A DNA stretch of 64,000 bases, from positions 3,410,001 through 3,474,000 of the forward strand of contig NC_043015.1 of the NCBI RefSeq assembly GCF_006345805.1, read 5' to 3'. Under the pieces are notes generated by a model. The model had not been told where the DNA came from, searched no databases, and saw only the letters and a program-made list of their open reading frames with translations. Positions 40,352-54,920 of the stretch are shown piece after piece. The DNA comes from Octopus sinensis (lineage: Eukaryota). Each line of letters starts with the position of its first letter. Positions within the stretch are counted from its first letter, which is position 1. The translations under genes and the position numbers were made by a program.

Positions 40352-40719
40352 ATACACACACATATATATATATATATATGCGATACTTGGTATCCAGAAG
40401 AAGCAAGATGGCTAGAGGGGCTTCGTAGTTAGATCCCAAATGACCATATTCTATGAATAGAACTATCGGAATTTAAATACCATGGACAAGAAGCATTTCT
40501 AGCCATTCTTCACAGTAATTTCCTCGAATAATGGAACTGCAAGTGTAACATCCTATATATATCTTTACTTTTATTTTCTTCTTTTGTTTCCGTTAATCCT
40601 TCCTATATCCATCATTTTCGAAAATAACTCCTTACATTGATTTCTACTATTTCCCTCTAGTTATTTCTCTGATATCGTCTCCGATAAAGCGATATCCCAA
40701 ACATACGGTTCAAATCCGA

Positions 40720-42160
40720 AACACCGGATGCTACTCTCTCCGGAAGCTCCTGTAAAAGTTCCTGGACCGACGTCATTCAAAGACCTTAAAATAATAAACT
40801 CATTGACTTGCGAAACATTTCGACAAGACTCCTAACTACGAGGTATTCTCGAAGATGGCGATCAGTGGAGTTAAGCTCTTTCTGTTGCAACTAAAAACAT
40901 TCTTCGCCATCATGTTGTATCATTGCATTTTACCGAATCCACTACAACATAGGGAAAACCACATACACAGCCTATCTGATGACATACATCATAAAGCATG
41001 GTTGCATGGTTGCATGGGCAAGTATCCACTATTCCGATATTATATACACCGAAGCATTACGGTATTTAGAAATCATGCTTAATTCTATTGGGGACAAAGG
41101 CTAATCCGACTACAGGATTCCAACACCAGCTGGAAATTACGGCTTTTAAAGAAAAGCCATTCGAATAAGAGCATACAATTTCGATGCCATGAAAAGGCAA
41201 CTTGATGAAAGTGAATAATTATTGCAAGCTAAGCAAATGTATGATTACAATGAAGTAGTACTGTCTACCTTGCAGGATAAGGAAGCATTTTCTTCTTTGA
41301 CGAACCAGGTAGAACGGTGGGGGAGTTTCTATTTAGCCTAATTCTGGAAACAGTAAGGCAGATTGGAAACAGCAATTGCACTGGCATCATGGAGAGCTAC
41401 AAATTTGTTAACAGGTTCGTGAATAGGACATTCTACGTTCAAATTGCCTAATTACCTTTGAATTTGACTTCAGATGTGCATTATTTCAAAACGATCACCG
41501 ACGGCAGATATTCCGCTCCAAACTACATAGGTTACTAATTGATATTGACACAATAGTATTATAATGGTGGTGTTTAGCAGCTGTCCTTGCCGGGGATTTC
41601 TGTCAAATATTACAAGTCATAACGCTGGGTATACAACCTACCGACATCTATGCTTGTCTGAAGACGTCTTCACCTCTGTGGAGATTGGTTCATCAGATTT
41701 CATTACGCAAGGTTATGCGAGCTCATCTCCACAACGACCCTTTATCTGAGGAATTTTATCATCAACTTCTAGAAATTGGAAATGGCACCTTATTGTTGAA
41801 ACCCTCCTGCATCATGTACTGGATTGTGGGCACATGGTGGGCACGAGATTACAGAAAACCTATTTCCCACATTGCAAGACAACATCATAAACATACCATG
41901 GTTCTCAGAGAGCTATTTTAGCACCTCGAAATGAAAGCGTTGATAAAGTAAACCATGAACTCCTCCACATTCTACCTGGAGATGCTTTAAGGATTTTCGC
42001 CATTGATGCTACCATAGACGACCATGCCGCTGTTAAACATCCAGTGGAATTTCTCAACTCTCTACAACACACAGGACTATCACCGCATAAGTTATTCCTA
42101 AAGAAAGCTGCACCTATCATGCACTTGAAGAATTTGGAACCACAAGACGGGTGTATCTTT
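40720..42160 (+). mobile_element. Helitron Rep-helicase (PIF1-like) pseudogene remnant
   Basis: Successive degenerate motifs VPGPTSFKDLK, FFFDEPGRT (Walker A region, ~41290), GHSTFKLP, LAGDFCQIL, RAILAPRNESVDKVN, PVEFLNSLQHTGLSPHKLFLK and PIMHLKNLEP; many stops and frameshifts. Confidence 0.92.
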
Positions 42161-42244
42161 CTTGGTCCAACATTTACTTCCATGAAATATTATAGTCTTT
42201 CTAGCTTCAAGTATATATTTTATTTCTTTCATTGGTAATTTAGT

Positions 42245-42620
42245 CCTATTCTTGGCGAAGATAAGTGCTTTATTTAGTAAGATCTGGTTAATGGTGTGGT
42301 AATAGTTATCGATGTCCAGTTTGAAAATTTACATTTTTTTAATAACGTACAGAATAGCGAACCAGTTGATTGCATCGATTTTTAAATTTACTTTGGATTT
42401 CAATAATTTTTGGTATTTGTCTATGATAATTTAGCTACGATTTCCGATATCAGATTTTCAAGAACAGATGAGGCTTAACTTTGGCTCAGTATGAAAGTTA
42501 GATTTGTGTTTTTTAGGCTTATTCAAGGTCTAGATGTTTCATAAATTTTAGTTACGTCTTCAGTTCGGTATCCACTTATTATTTCTTTGGCTTTATGAGA
42601 TTCCTTTTATGGGACTCCTT
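42245..42620 (-). mobile_element. Penelope-like element reverse-transcriptase fragment
   Basis: Minus frames give KHKSNFHTEPKLSLICS*KSDIG, DAINWF and KLDIDNYYHTINQILLNKALIFAK, typical of the PLE RT N-terminal region (KDHK.NF...P..RLI.P.KS.IG; DI..FYPSI...LL..AL.FA). Confidence 0.7.
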
Positions 42621-42642
42621 TCCACAGCTTCACAACACACAC

Positions 42643-42677
<35 letters not shown>

Positions 42678-42704
42678 GCAAACATAAACATACATACATA
42701 CATA

Positions 42705-42868
42705 CGACAGGGTTCTTCCAGTTTAAATCTTTCAAATCCACTCACGTGGTTTTCGTCGGCCTGAGGTTATAGTAGGAGAAACCTGCCCTAGGTACCACGA
42801 GGTGGGACTGAACCTGAGACCATGTGGTTGGTAAGCAAGCTACTTACCGAACTTCCACTCCTGCTCCT
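42705..42868 (-). mobile_element. SINE family B head
   Basis: Homologous to 29108-29272; runs into (CATA)/(TA)n. Confidence 0.8.
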
Positions 42869-42938
42869 ATGTATATATTCATATATACATTTATATATAT
42901 TGTACATGTATATATATGTACATATGTATATATGTCTG

Positions 42939-43007
<69 letters not shown>

Positions 43008-44831
43008 AGTGCGTATGTATATTTGTATACGTTTATATGGGTATGTGTGTGCGTTTGTGATTCTGCTCTATATTCAAAATACGAGACCAATATTGTACGG
43101 GTTTAAATCAGCAAACACGTAACCACTACATTTAACTAAAGAGTTTGTTCACATGATTCACAATACTTCACAAAAAACATAACGAAAAATGCAAATACGC
43201 GCATCCGTATTATATATAAAAATGGTGTTAGATGTTTCGTCACATACCCCACTGTGAGCAATGTTTTGTTTAGTTTATTATAGATAGATACAATAACCGA
43301 TCTGAATGGGGAAAATATCTCATTAAATATATAATGGAATATGCCATACTATTGCTTCTTAAAGATGCATCCCTTAATATCCAAGCTTTTAATAACATTG
43401 CCAGCCAAACTCTATAACTTGTCGTTCGAATTCACAGCGGGTTACATCATTCTATTACTGGTTTTTAAAGACATTTTCAGTCGAGAAGAGAACTTGCTAA
43501 CATCCAAGTAGATATCTCTTTCAGTGTGTGGAAAATACGTGATTCATAAAATTAACAAGTACGGATACATAATAAATTTGGCATGTTCATAAAGCTTGAA
43601 CTAAATTATTATCTGCGGCTGACGGTTCCTTCAGACAAATCTATATATTTACCTAATTGCAGTCAAAATAAGGCTGGATTCCACTTCATCACAAACAATT
43701 CAAATCAAAATGTGCCAATGACGTATGTTTATTTTCTAGTGGCAGATTCGGTGGAAGTATTGAAAACGCGTCATTTTATGAGGTTATAAAACTTGTCATC
43801 CTGATTTCGAATACATAACAATTGAGAATACAGACATTTGTTCTCATTACGTCACTCTAAAGGGCTATTGTTTGAATTCGTGGGATGTAAATTTCAGTAT
43901 TTCATATGCAAAACCAATTTGTAAACTCCGTGCTAATAGGAACTATTTCAGGTCACATACAGCTTTAGCGACCTTTTCCAATGCATATGAAGGTCATAGC
44001 TGATTTTTGCTACTTTCATATGTAATTGCACACACTCCACTAGCGTTTATTAACTACAAACAGTAAAAGTTGCTTTTGCTTTTGATGTCCCACCAGTGCA
44101 ACTTATTAATGAGCATAAATGTTTCGAGTCTGATAGCCGAGCTATATGAACTCTGTCTAGACGGCATGAAAGCAATAGAAGCGTACACAAATGATTCTGT
44201 ACAAATACACTTTATCTTAATTATATCGGTTATATGAAATTATTTCTAACCTCGAAAACGGAATGCGTTATCACAGCAAACATAATCGGTTGTTACTGAA
44301 GTACTATGATGCCATAATAATGAATGATTGAATGACTGAGCAACATCATATCTAGGTTACTAGAGTTGGAACCAACAAGAAGGACTGCTGTCGCTGAATT
44401 TAACGCTACGCAGTTTCCAAGAAAATGAAACCAACGATTTCTCTTAAACATGCAGAACATGAAATGATGGAACTATTGCCGTTTTTATCGCAGAAATAAA
44501 CAAATGTGCTCAACAAATCACTAACCGATAGGCGTGTCTCGACATTTTCTTGTTATAACCCCAAATGGAAATTTCTTGTTATAATGAATTTACTAAATTC
44601 CATAAGAAAATCTTATAAGATGAGTGTACTACACCGATAAAATCAAAGTGAATGTGTAGCCCAATCAAACCCATATGTATAGTATGTATACTGACACAGA
44701 CTCACCTATATACGCATAAACACGCACAGCCGCACACAAAAGCACATGCATATGTGTGTGCGTTTGTGCGTTTGTGTGTGGGTGTATGTATGTATATATC
44801 TCCCTCTCTAGATATATGTGTGTTTGAATAT

Positions 44832-44864
<33 letters not shown>

Positions 44865-45224
44865 GTCCATTCATAAACGCAGATTCGAATCATAGACGGA
44901 AGATGTGTGTGTGTGTTTATGGGCGACACACCTAAGCCCCGCGCGGCAAATGATATTGGCAAACATCTGCTAACTGTTTTGCAACAAATTTCTCTCACTC
45001 TTTCCTCCTGAATCTAGCAGCTCACCTGCGAAAGAGGGGCGTCCTGTCCAGATTGGGAACCTGTACGCCAATGAAATTAGAAGAACGGGCCTTATGTGCA
45101 AGGCATGTCTAGAGAAGGAACAAACAACAAGGGATATCAAATAAGAATAATAACTTGTAATAAATTTTATGGTTTTAATAAGAACGTTTTACTTAATGTC
45201 TGGAATCCACTTTTCATCACAAAT

Positions 45225-45560
45225 TAAAATATAATCGAGAAATGGATCGGTCTGGTTACGGAAAAGAAGCGGCGACCAAATTTCATATCTGCACTTTTTC
45301 TGATTTTATTCAAATTATGTGGTACCAATTAGTCAACCGTTTTCGATGACAGATGGACGTCCACGATGCTCACTATGTTTAAGCCTCAGCTCTCAATTGC
45401 GATATAGTCTAAACCATTTTCGAACTGACCACCACTCACTGGCTATTTCCTCGCCAAACGTCTCTTTGATATCGCGAGCAGTTTCAACTGCTTTATATCC
45501 ATTTTTGAATTTGAATTGCAAGATTCCTCGAATATCGCACCTTGACAGTACCACGCACAT
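45225..45560 (-). mobile_element. Mariner transposase N-terminal remnant (Hsmar1-like)
   Basis: IRGILQFKFKNGYKAVETARDIKETFG, HRGRPS, and LVPHNLNKNQKKCRYEI..LLFRNQTDPFLD (WVPHEL motif region) with an internal deletion. Confidence 0.85.
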
Positions 45561-46835
45561 GATTGTGAGAAAGATGAATAATATATCAATGATATATATG
45601 GGCAAGTCTATGTCTCTATTATCAGACAATTGCAAAAGATGCTTCAAAATAATTCAATGCTCTGCAAAATCCGGTACACATTATTCATGGTTCAAAACGT
45701 TTTACTCAACATACATACATGCGTACATAAATACATACATACATACAGACATACCTACATACATACATACATACATAATACATACATAGATACATACATA
45801 CATACATACATAAATAAATACATACATACATACATACATACATACATACATACATACATACATACATACATACAAACGTGCACTCGTAACTTCCATCTTG
45901 ACATCAGAGTCATTGATGTTTCAGCCGGTATTCTCCATTTCTTCCTATATGAAATAAGATTTTGTCATAAATAAGATATCTGTTATCGCTTTTCTGTCTT
46001 CCTTTGCCTTTATTTTTCCTGTCATCTGTCATTTAACACACGGCTCTTTCCTCTAATCATTTCTTACTGACACTTGGCTTTTTATTCTAAAACGCAGCAA
46101 AAATATTCGGCAAATACACGAGTTAATTACGTCATAATTTATTACGTAAAAGATTCCTTCATAATTTATGGTTTAGCCAAGTTATGTCGTTAATATTTCT
46201 AACAGAACGTGATATAAATGTTGATGAACATTAAACTATTTTCGTATTAACATAAAAAAAAATAACATTCTTTTGCCGTTTGCTTTAAATCCTGTCAGAC
46301 TTGCTTCAAAAGACAGAATTACTTCAACAGAATAAGGGTAATTTATGGTCTTCATAAATTTAAATAAATAGTAAAGCCATATCTTTCTAGTTCCTTTTCA
46401 TGTGCCGATTGATGGTGCAGTGTTCGCATTCGTTATTCCTCTGATATTTCTGATACGAAAGCCTATCCTTCCTAACTTGATTGATTCGGAAAATCACGAT
46501 ATCAAATATTCCAAAGGCATATTAATCTTTATCATACAGATGGGGAATGTTTTTTAATTATCAGCCTTCCTAAGCATGTCATAATTTCTTCTGAGATATT
46601 ATGGAGGAACGTTTCTCAAATAAATTAATTCAAAATAGTTGCAGTAGGGCCCATACATATGTATAAGTAATTATATACGTACATGTATGAATATATGAAC
46701 TCATACATGTTTTTATACATACATAAAAACATACATACAATCAGACAGACGGACGGACAGACAGACAGGTGCACAGACAAACAAACAAACAGACAGGCAG
46801 AGAGACAAACAGATAGGCAGAGAGACAGATAGATA

Positions 46836-46985
46836 TATGAAGTGGTGCTCAAAAGTCCCTTGCTTTGCGGAAAAGAAAATACAGAAGCACCTGTCAATTA
46901 TGATTTTATTCCTTCCTCAGTTCCACACATGTAATGCAGTGCTCATTCAGTTATTCTAATAAGTCGGAAGGCTAGGCCCCCAACT
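46836..46985. mobile_element. Mariner-derived MITE terminus
   Basis: TA+TGAAGTGGTGCTCAAAAGTCCCTTGCTTT resembles mariner TIRs (CGAGGGGGTGCTGAAAAGTTCC type); the other end is not found. Confidence 0.5.
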
Positions 46986-47149
46986 AGTTGCACCAGGTGT
47001 ACCGAAAACCCAACTAAAAATATGGAAAATAATATTAGCTTTATGTTTGATACATGTTCATATATTTTGAGAAACAAACCAGTTACATTAAGTTAATATG
47101 TTGATTGAATACATGTGATTTATGTTACCTCATTTTTACTTTCATCCGA

Positions 47150-47560
47150 CCAAATTAATTTCGGCCATTGCTCACTGGTCCATTTTGAGTGGTTTTTGGC
47201 CTAATGAAGACGTTTTTTCAATATTCGATTCAGAAACCCATGGCTTCTTCCTAGTCTTTCAGCCTTTCAGACCTTACTCTAGAAGCCTTCGTCTAACTGT
47301 TGTGGTTGATTTTCTCACTTAATTGCCTCGTTAAAATTCGCACAGAGATCTTGTGGTGTTTTTCTCCTGTTTATGAGCGACTGAATTAGGATTGATCTTT
47401 TATTACGAGGTGATGTACGCTTTCTTCTAAGTTTTCTGCGTATTCTCCATATAGCTGTTGTCTCTCTGAAGGCCTTGAGACTCGTTTGCACCACACATCG
47501 TGAAGATTTCATCTTCTGAGAAAGTTTCCTTTGAGACATTCTGTCTTCTTGATGAGTTGC
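47150..47560 (-). mobile_element. Tc1-like transposase N-terminal remnant
   Basis: MSQRKLSQKMKSSRCVVQT..FRET..QSLINRRKTPQDL, then TTVRRRLLE*GLKG*KTRKKP and KWTSEQW. Confidence 0.8.
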
Positions 47561-48459
47561 GGCTCACAATAATTCATCTCCCTAGTTTTAGGTATTTTAT
47601 TGTTTATTAACTCTATCTACACCGTATTTTAGCATAAAACTCTGAAATAGTCAAGTAAACATAAGTAAATTTGGACGTTGGTCTTACTCCTAAACTTGGG
47701 TTGTGTTCATGGCAGCGGCCTTGTAAGATGTTAGACGCATGACAACTGTTTCTGCCGCCGCTTTCTCCAACAGAAAGCAGAATTTCGTTCCTACCATCGC
47801 AAAAATCGACGAACAGGAGAGAAGCACAGCAAAGGAAATACGGACCACATGGCAGTAGAAATGCACACGAAGTTTACGTAAATATCATTTAGATAGCGTA
47901 CTATTTGTTAATACTGATAAGAAGTAAACATGAATGTACATGATTATATCCTGACCAAGCAATATAGTCTTTGAGAACGATATAACGTATGTGTATTCCC
48001 TGTGATGAATCAAGAAATATTTTACATAAAAATATTCAGATCAAGTAAAAATATTTTTATAATAGTAAGATGAAAATTAATATCATGATCAAGCTTTTGA
48101 CAAGAACATAAATGATGAAAAAGGCCATTTAAAGTTTCCAGATCTGGTTCCCAATGATCTTGCATCTGGCTGGAGTTTGACACTTGCTAAATCGTCTGTG
48201 TAAACTCTTCCTTTTATCCAAAAATTATAGATGTTAATGATATATTCCTTAAATAATATTGTCATCCAGTATTCGTTTTCCGGTATAAAAACAGTGCGGT
48301 TGGTTGATGGTCATACGTCATAATGTAGTGGATATTTGATAAAGTTGTAGGGTGTTGTGCAAGCAATCAACTAACCTTGCATCTGATAAGGGGAAGACAT
48401 GTAAGCTAGTGAATTCACTACATAATTTGTTATTCCACAAACTTTTATTATAGATATAT

Positions 48460-49140
48460 ATAGATATATAAATATCAAGACTATTGCCATAGGAACGACG
48501 ATAAACCTCGCTGATTGAGACCGCTTGGAACAGGTTTGATTAAGACTCAGCTGTGCATGATTTAACTTCCCTGTAGCGTATGATCATCGCATTGACTATG
48601 GCAGACAGGGTTCACCAAATAATTTGCATGGAATTTGGCCAGAGAGACCTACGCAAATTTGCAGAGATTGTATGGATACAAGTGTATGAGTCACACAGAA
48701 TTATATTAGTGTTTCAGACGTTTCCAATGTGGCGAAATATGTCGATATTGACGAACGTTCTATTCATCGGAAAATACCACAATTCCATGCTTTCGGTGAA
48801 TGGCAATTGCACCGTGTCAGTATGTGCAGCGGTTTTTGGCTAGGGACAGCATTCCCCAGGTCCGACAGGCACCGAATGCTCTTGAGTTCCCAAACCAAAA
48901 TCCCAATTGAATGGGAGAAGATTCCAGGACATCGAGGAAAACAAAATGAATGCGATGAGGAAAGTTCTGATTATACCACTACATGAGTTCTAGGAATGCT
49001 TGCATCGATGGCAACAGTTTCATTATGTGTGTGGCTTCCGATGCGTATAACTCTGAAGGAGATTAAATACCCAGTTATTAGCGGTTGTAGTTTTACTTTT
49101 ATTGCCCTAGTCCGGATAATTATTGTTCAGACTCGCATAT
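48460..49140 (+). mobile_element. Internally deleted mariner (irritans-like) element
   Basis: Fragments CFRRFQCG, VQRFLARDSIPQV and LNGRRFQDIEENK...ECLHRWQ...EGD*. Right terminus AGTCCGGATAATTATTGTTCAGACTCGCATA, with a degenerate inverted match near 48470-48490. Confidence 0.75.
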
Positions 49141-49346
49141 TCATTGTGAGAGTGCTCGGTAGCGAATATTTCTTTGTCTATATGAGCGTGCGACATTCGC
49201 ACATGTATTTAAAGAACATGTAATATTTATTGACATAAGAGGACTTCAAAATGATAATTTCCTTAAATATTTGCTGTGAGAAAGGTGTGTTAGTGGTGGG
49301 TATAATGTACCGTTCTGCACTGTTCCTCCCAGCATATTGTCAACAG

Positions 49347-49389
<43 letters not shown>

Positions 49390-50589
49390 GTTGTTGTTGT
49401 TCTTGTTGTTGTTGTTGTTGCTATTGTTGTTGTTATTATTATTATTATTATTATTATTAATAGAATTAGTAGTGGCGACAGCAGCAGCCGTATTAGCGTT
49501 CACTGTTTGAGCATTTACCATATCATAAATTCCGGTTCTTTGCTACAGGCAGAATTAGGTGTGAATGACTGCTATGTTGTCATTGACCGTGTTAGCTATG
49601 TGAATTCATTAATTATATTGTGATCAGCTAAGCTTGCTATAGCCTTTTTCTCTACGTAATGAACGTATATTTGTATATTAATAGCTTATTGCATAATATA
49701 TAACGTATACTTGTATATCAATATATTATTGCATAATATATAAACATAATCTTTTAAGGAGTCGTCTTGTGTATAGGCTTATGAATAATGCACGATTTCA
49801 TATTCGTTACACTTCACTGTCGATTTGAAATTTTATTGCCGTGTGCTTTATCTTCTAATGTAGATAAGAAAATATGTTTGTGCTACTCTGTAATTATCAA
49901 ATATATAGCATTGCCTTATCGCTTTCTTTGGTTGTTAATTCCTTATATATTTTAACGATTATATTTCGGTTATCCTAGTCTGTAATATTAGTTTGAATTA
50001 TGGTTTGGCTCTTTTGTTTGCATTAATATAAATTTGCATAATATAAATTCCACTCAAAGGAATATTGAAAGGTTTCGTTTTACCTAATTATGCTTCATAC
50101 AAAAATAAAGTTGTAATTTTTATGGCACTGCTCTTGTGAATAACTATTTTCTATTGAAGTAAGTCGTAAAGTTTTAGTAGGCATTTTTTCATTGAATAAC
50201 TTGTTGTGTGTTTATTATTTTCTTTGGTAGAATTTAATTTGCTTTACATTTTATCACTTTTTTATTTTCTACAAATTTTAAACGATTTTTCGAAGACACA
50301 GTCTGAAGTAAAGGTTATTATAAATGTTACTTTGAGTCCCTCCATTGTTTCGTTTCACCCTGTCAGTTCGTACTTCGAGACTCCATTTTGTATTTGGTAT
50401 TTACTTTGGAGTAAATCTGTAATATAATCGTAAAGTAATTATGACATCCAGTTAATTTCTTCATTGAGAAACGAACGAGTTACTGATTTGATGATTTGTT
50501 ATATATATTTTAGGATCTGCTTTGATATTTTCCCGACATAATTTCAATTACTGTGGATTTGTGTGAGTTACAACTTACCGTGTGTATTT

Positions 50590-50750
50590 CATTTTTACTT
50601 ACTTTTTCTTCAGGCAAATGCTGTCGGAAACGAGTCACATTGCAGATTCTCTTTCTTGCTTTACAAAATAGGCAGCAATTTTTTCCACTTTGGAGAGATT
50701 TCAGTTCAAATGCTTCTCCTTCTCTTTATCAAAATATTGCCAAATATTTG
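50590..50750 (-). pseudogene. Possible BED zinc-finger remnant (hAT-type transposase)
   Basis: NIWQYFDKE, then after a frameshift CLFCKARKRICNVTRFRQHL, resembles the BED W..F...C..C......TR...HL pattern; no catalytic domain recognised. Confidence 0.3.
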
Positions 50751-51448
50751 ACGTTTATAACTTCCTTTTTTTCTTATTTTATAAGTTGGTTCCTCACACG
50801 GTTTGGCTACTAAGGTCTTTTTAACACTTTCTTGTGACTAAAATTTGCTGTGATGTTAATCTGAATATTTCGTGGCAGGTCTTATACGTTCTCCTCAATA
50901 ACTTACGACATATAAGATAATCTATTGACCTAAATCAAATTATTAAATCTATTAACCTAAATCAAATTAACCTTCTGCCTTAAATGACTTGAATATTTAT
51001 ATGATAATAATGTTAAATTCTCCTAGCAGAAAATAAACCTAAATTTCTACAATAAGTTTTTTCTCTATCAATACGAATTTCATGTAACTAACTACTTGTA
51101 TTAGTTACATTTTTTGTTGTCCAATTTTATTGAAAAATTCGTTTTTCGTCTCCTTACATAGGCCGCTTTAAAAATGTGTGTTTTCATTTCCATATAAAAA
51201 AATCTATATTTTTGTAAACCTCGTCTCTATTTTCTCCTATCTGTCTCGGTATTGTGATTTGTTCTATAAAAGTTTATAATTATTGCTTCAAGTTTTGAGG
51301 CAATTTCATTATATCCTTCAAAGTTTTTTCAGTATCAAATTAAAATGGTGGTGTCTAATTTTAGTGGCATTCTTTTTTGGCCTATGGTAAAACTTATTGA
51401 AAATTCCGAGTTCAATTCAAGGCAGTGACCTGAATAATAATACTAATA

Positions 51449-51495
<47 letters not shown>

Positions 51496-51534
51496 AATAA
51501 TAATATAATAATAATAATAATAATAATAATGATA

Positions 51535-51810
51535 ACCCGGCTAAGAAAAATGAAGAACTTGAAGATTGTGCCAATTTTTGTAGACTTCTGGGAAACAGTA
51601 TCAAAAGGCATCAAGGGGAATGTGCATGATATTGGGATAGAGTGCGCAGTAGATTTGTTACAAAACTTTTGAATCCGTGATACGGCCAGAATAAAATGGG
51701 AATTATTAGGTAGCTGAAATGATTGGAAAGCCTGGTACCGTAGGCTGCAGGCAGCGAGCTTGCTACGCATGTAGATCTCCAGAAGTTCCAACGAAAACTG
51801 TGATAAAAAC
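51535..51810 (+). mobile_element. R4/Dong-like retrotransposon 3' fragment
   Basis: RLRKMKNLKIVPIFV...TVSKGI...IGIECAVDLLQ resembles the RLE C-terminus (V.VVPIVIGALG.V.K......GI....ELLQK). Directly preceded by same-strand (GAT)n(AAT)n. Confidence 0.65.
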
Positions 51811-52259
51811 TAGTAATACCTATATATATATCTGTCCATATATGTATGCTTGCATATGTACACTTGTATACTGATGATAGTGGTGATGATGTCGATAACT
51901 ATATATGTACATCTCCATTTATGTATGTATGTATATTTATAAATGTCTCAGTAGTGATGTATTTCACAGTTTACTCATATATACATATAAGTTCTCCGTT
52001 TCGAAACAAGCATCGATGCGGCAATAATTAATATTTGAATTATGTTAGTGTTTAGGTACTCAGACAAAGAAGCATTCAACGTAAACGGATTTCATAATAT
52101 TGAGACGCACTAATTTCCTAGTAGAAATGATCTTGTCAAAAAACTTCATGCAAGATCCATTTATTAAGAGACTGTCTGACTTATTTAATATCCTATCCAT
52201 CACTGTCACAGATATTACAGACCAAAAAATTGATAACAGCAAAAGAATCAATAACAATG

Positions 52260-52397
52260 AATTACATAGATTCTTCTTCTTCTTATCATTATTGTTGTTA
52301 TTGCTGCTGCTGCTGCTGTTCTTGTTGCTGTTATGATTATTATTATTGCTATTATTGCTGCTGCCGCTATTCCATTTATTATTATTATTATTATTAA

Positions 52398-52460
<63 letters not shown>

Positions 52461-52474
52461 CATTATTATTATTA

Positions 52475-52514
<40 letters not shown>

Positions 52515-52555
52515 CATTGTTGTTGTTGTTGTTATTGTTGTTGTCGTTGTTCTTA
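52260..52555. repeat. (TAT/TGT/GCT)n trinucleotide tract
   Basis: Seen directly. Confidence 0.95.
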
Positions 52556-53174
52556 TTCGTATTTGATGCACGTTTATTTTCTCTCTCATAAGTCTAATAT
52601 CTCAATTTGTGTGTACATACAAAGTTGTTTATTGTTTATCGCATTGGAAAACGTTTGTGAAAAACAAAAATCTGCATAAATTTGGACGGTCCAGTTTTTT
52701 TTGCGTCTCATTCTCCGAAATATGCGCAATGCGACGGAAAATTTTTTCACATGCACTCGTCCACCGTCAAGGAATTGCTGATATGTGCAACTTTGTTTAA
52801 CAGCTGTTAACGCATGCTGAAAGGATCCTGTTATCAGCCGAGTCCACTTTCAGGTTCGACCTGCCTCGTTGTTTTAGTCAGGAAGAGAAGGCAGTTTTGT
52901 TTATCAGGTGACGATAGCGACATATGTAGAATTTTCGGCGAATTTGAAAGGCACGAAGACAGATAACTTCTTTACCAGGTGACCTTTCTTTGACTTTTCA
53001 AGTTCCATTTCTAAAGGCAACCATTAATAGATACAGAAGTGTAGTGTCCAAATGTTTTTGTTGAAAGGTTGATGTATACGACGTGATTGACCCATCTAAG
53101 TGTGCTTACTCTGAGCATACGCTCGTAAGCCAGAATACTTCAAAAAGATTTAGGGTGAAAAAGCAAATTATTCA

Positions 53175-54765
53175 CATGTAACTTAGAGAAGTTATTATTA
53201 AAATGGGTATCTTCCAAGTTGACTTGTTTTCTCCGTTACTATTTGTAATTTTATTATTATCCAAGACAACGACAGTTAGTAACGTTAAAATGGGTTACAG
53301 ATGTGGGAAGTAAGACCCATCATTGTACCATCCTCTGTTTATGGATGATCTGAAAATGTTTGGGAAATCTGAACACAAATACATTCCTTAACCAAAATTG
53401 TCCTCACGTGTGATAGGGACATCGGTATGGCATTTGGTATTACCAAATGCTCAGTACTTAATATGAAAGTAGGGAATACATCAGCCTGCTAAGGATTGCA
53501 CTTACCATTAGGAGAAACCATGAGAGAACCTGACAGTGGTGCGTATAGATATTTTTGTATTTTGAACTGGATGACTTTCTAAACAATGAAATGGAAGTGA
53601 ATGTCAACAACGCGTATAATAAAAGGGTCGAGATAATATTGAAATCCAACCTGAATGCCTAAAATTTGTTTACCGCAATGAATATCTGGGTAGATATTTG
53701 AATGACAATATGGGCAGATTGAGTACGTCTATCCTCAAATGGACTAAAGGGAAATATCAACACAGGATAGAAGGACAAGGCTGTTGATGACGCTGCATGG
53801 CACACTACACCCAAAAGCAAACTTAAACAGACCATATATGAAAAGAAAGTATGGTAGCAGAAGACGAATTAGAACGGACCATTATATAAGAAGCGAGGGG
53901 AGAACGTTTGCTGAGTATTTGGGAAATATTGATGAAGTCTTCCTGCACTATGCTGCGCAAGCTAAGGATATAAATGCAGATGAAATGATTGGCAAGGAAG
54001 CATTTAATGGAAACAGCTGAGGAGAATAGAAATGAAAAGAGAATGCATGAACTGTTTGAAAGCTATACACGGCATAATACAGCAACGTGGACATGGCTTG
54101 TGCGAGGTGATTTTAAGCGTAGCTCCTAACGCTTGATCATTGCTGTACAAGAAGCGGTTATTTCTGTTACGTCCATGCAGTATAACAACTATAAATCTTC
54201 TGACAACCAGAAATGCAGACTCTGTGGAAAGAGTGTGGTAAATGTGACCCACTTGGTAAGTGGATGTGAGAACCTTGCATAAAAACAATACAATCGCTGC
54301 CACGATAAAGTTTGTGTGTATCTCCATTGGCTCTTATGCCGTCAATACCAATATGAAGTAACAGAGAACTGGTGTGAGCATGTACCAAGTAACGTTATGC
54401 AAGAGGATGGATAAGTTCCGAGATTCTGGGGACTATGATTTTCAGACGAAACGTTAAATCGAACACCGTTCTCCGGATGTTATCAAATTAAATAAAATAG
54501 AAAAATACTGATAGATCATTGATGTAGCCATGCAAAATAACATGAATATTGTGAGTAAAGAGGTTGAAACTTCAAAACTTAATAAGGCAACAGGAAATTT
54601 CATGCAAGATCAATGCCTTGCAAAACGTAGCCTTATTGGGCACAGCGCACATCTTAACCAAAGTATTATCTCCGTTTGATCGTACTTGCATCTTGAAAGA
54701 TGAACAAAAATTACGGTGCATTTATACCTACACAGTATTACAAATGAATAATCATAATGATAACA
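53175..54765 (+). mobile_element. R4/Dong-like non-LTR retrotransposon remnant (RT + CCHC + RLE)
   Basis: GIFQVDLFSPLLF, LFMDDLKMF, FGITKC, KCRLCGKSVVNVTHLVSGC, HDKVCVYLHW, IEHRSPDV..IIDVA and ALQNVALLGTAHILTKVLS, followed by a short UTR and (AAT)n. Confidence 0.92.
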
Positions 54766-54920
<155 letters not shown>

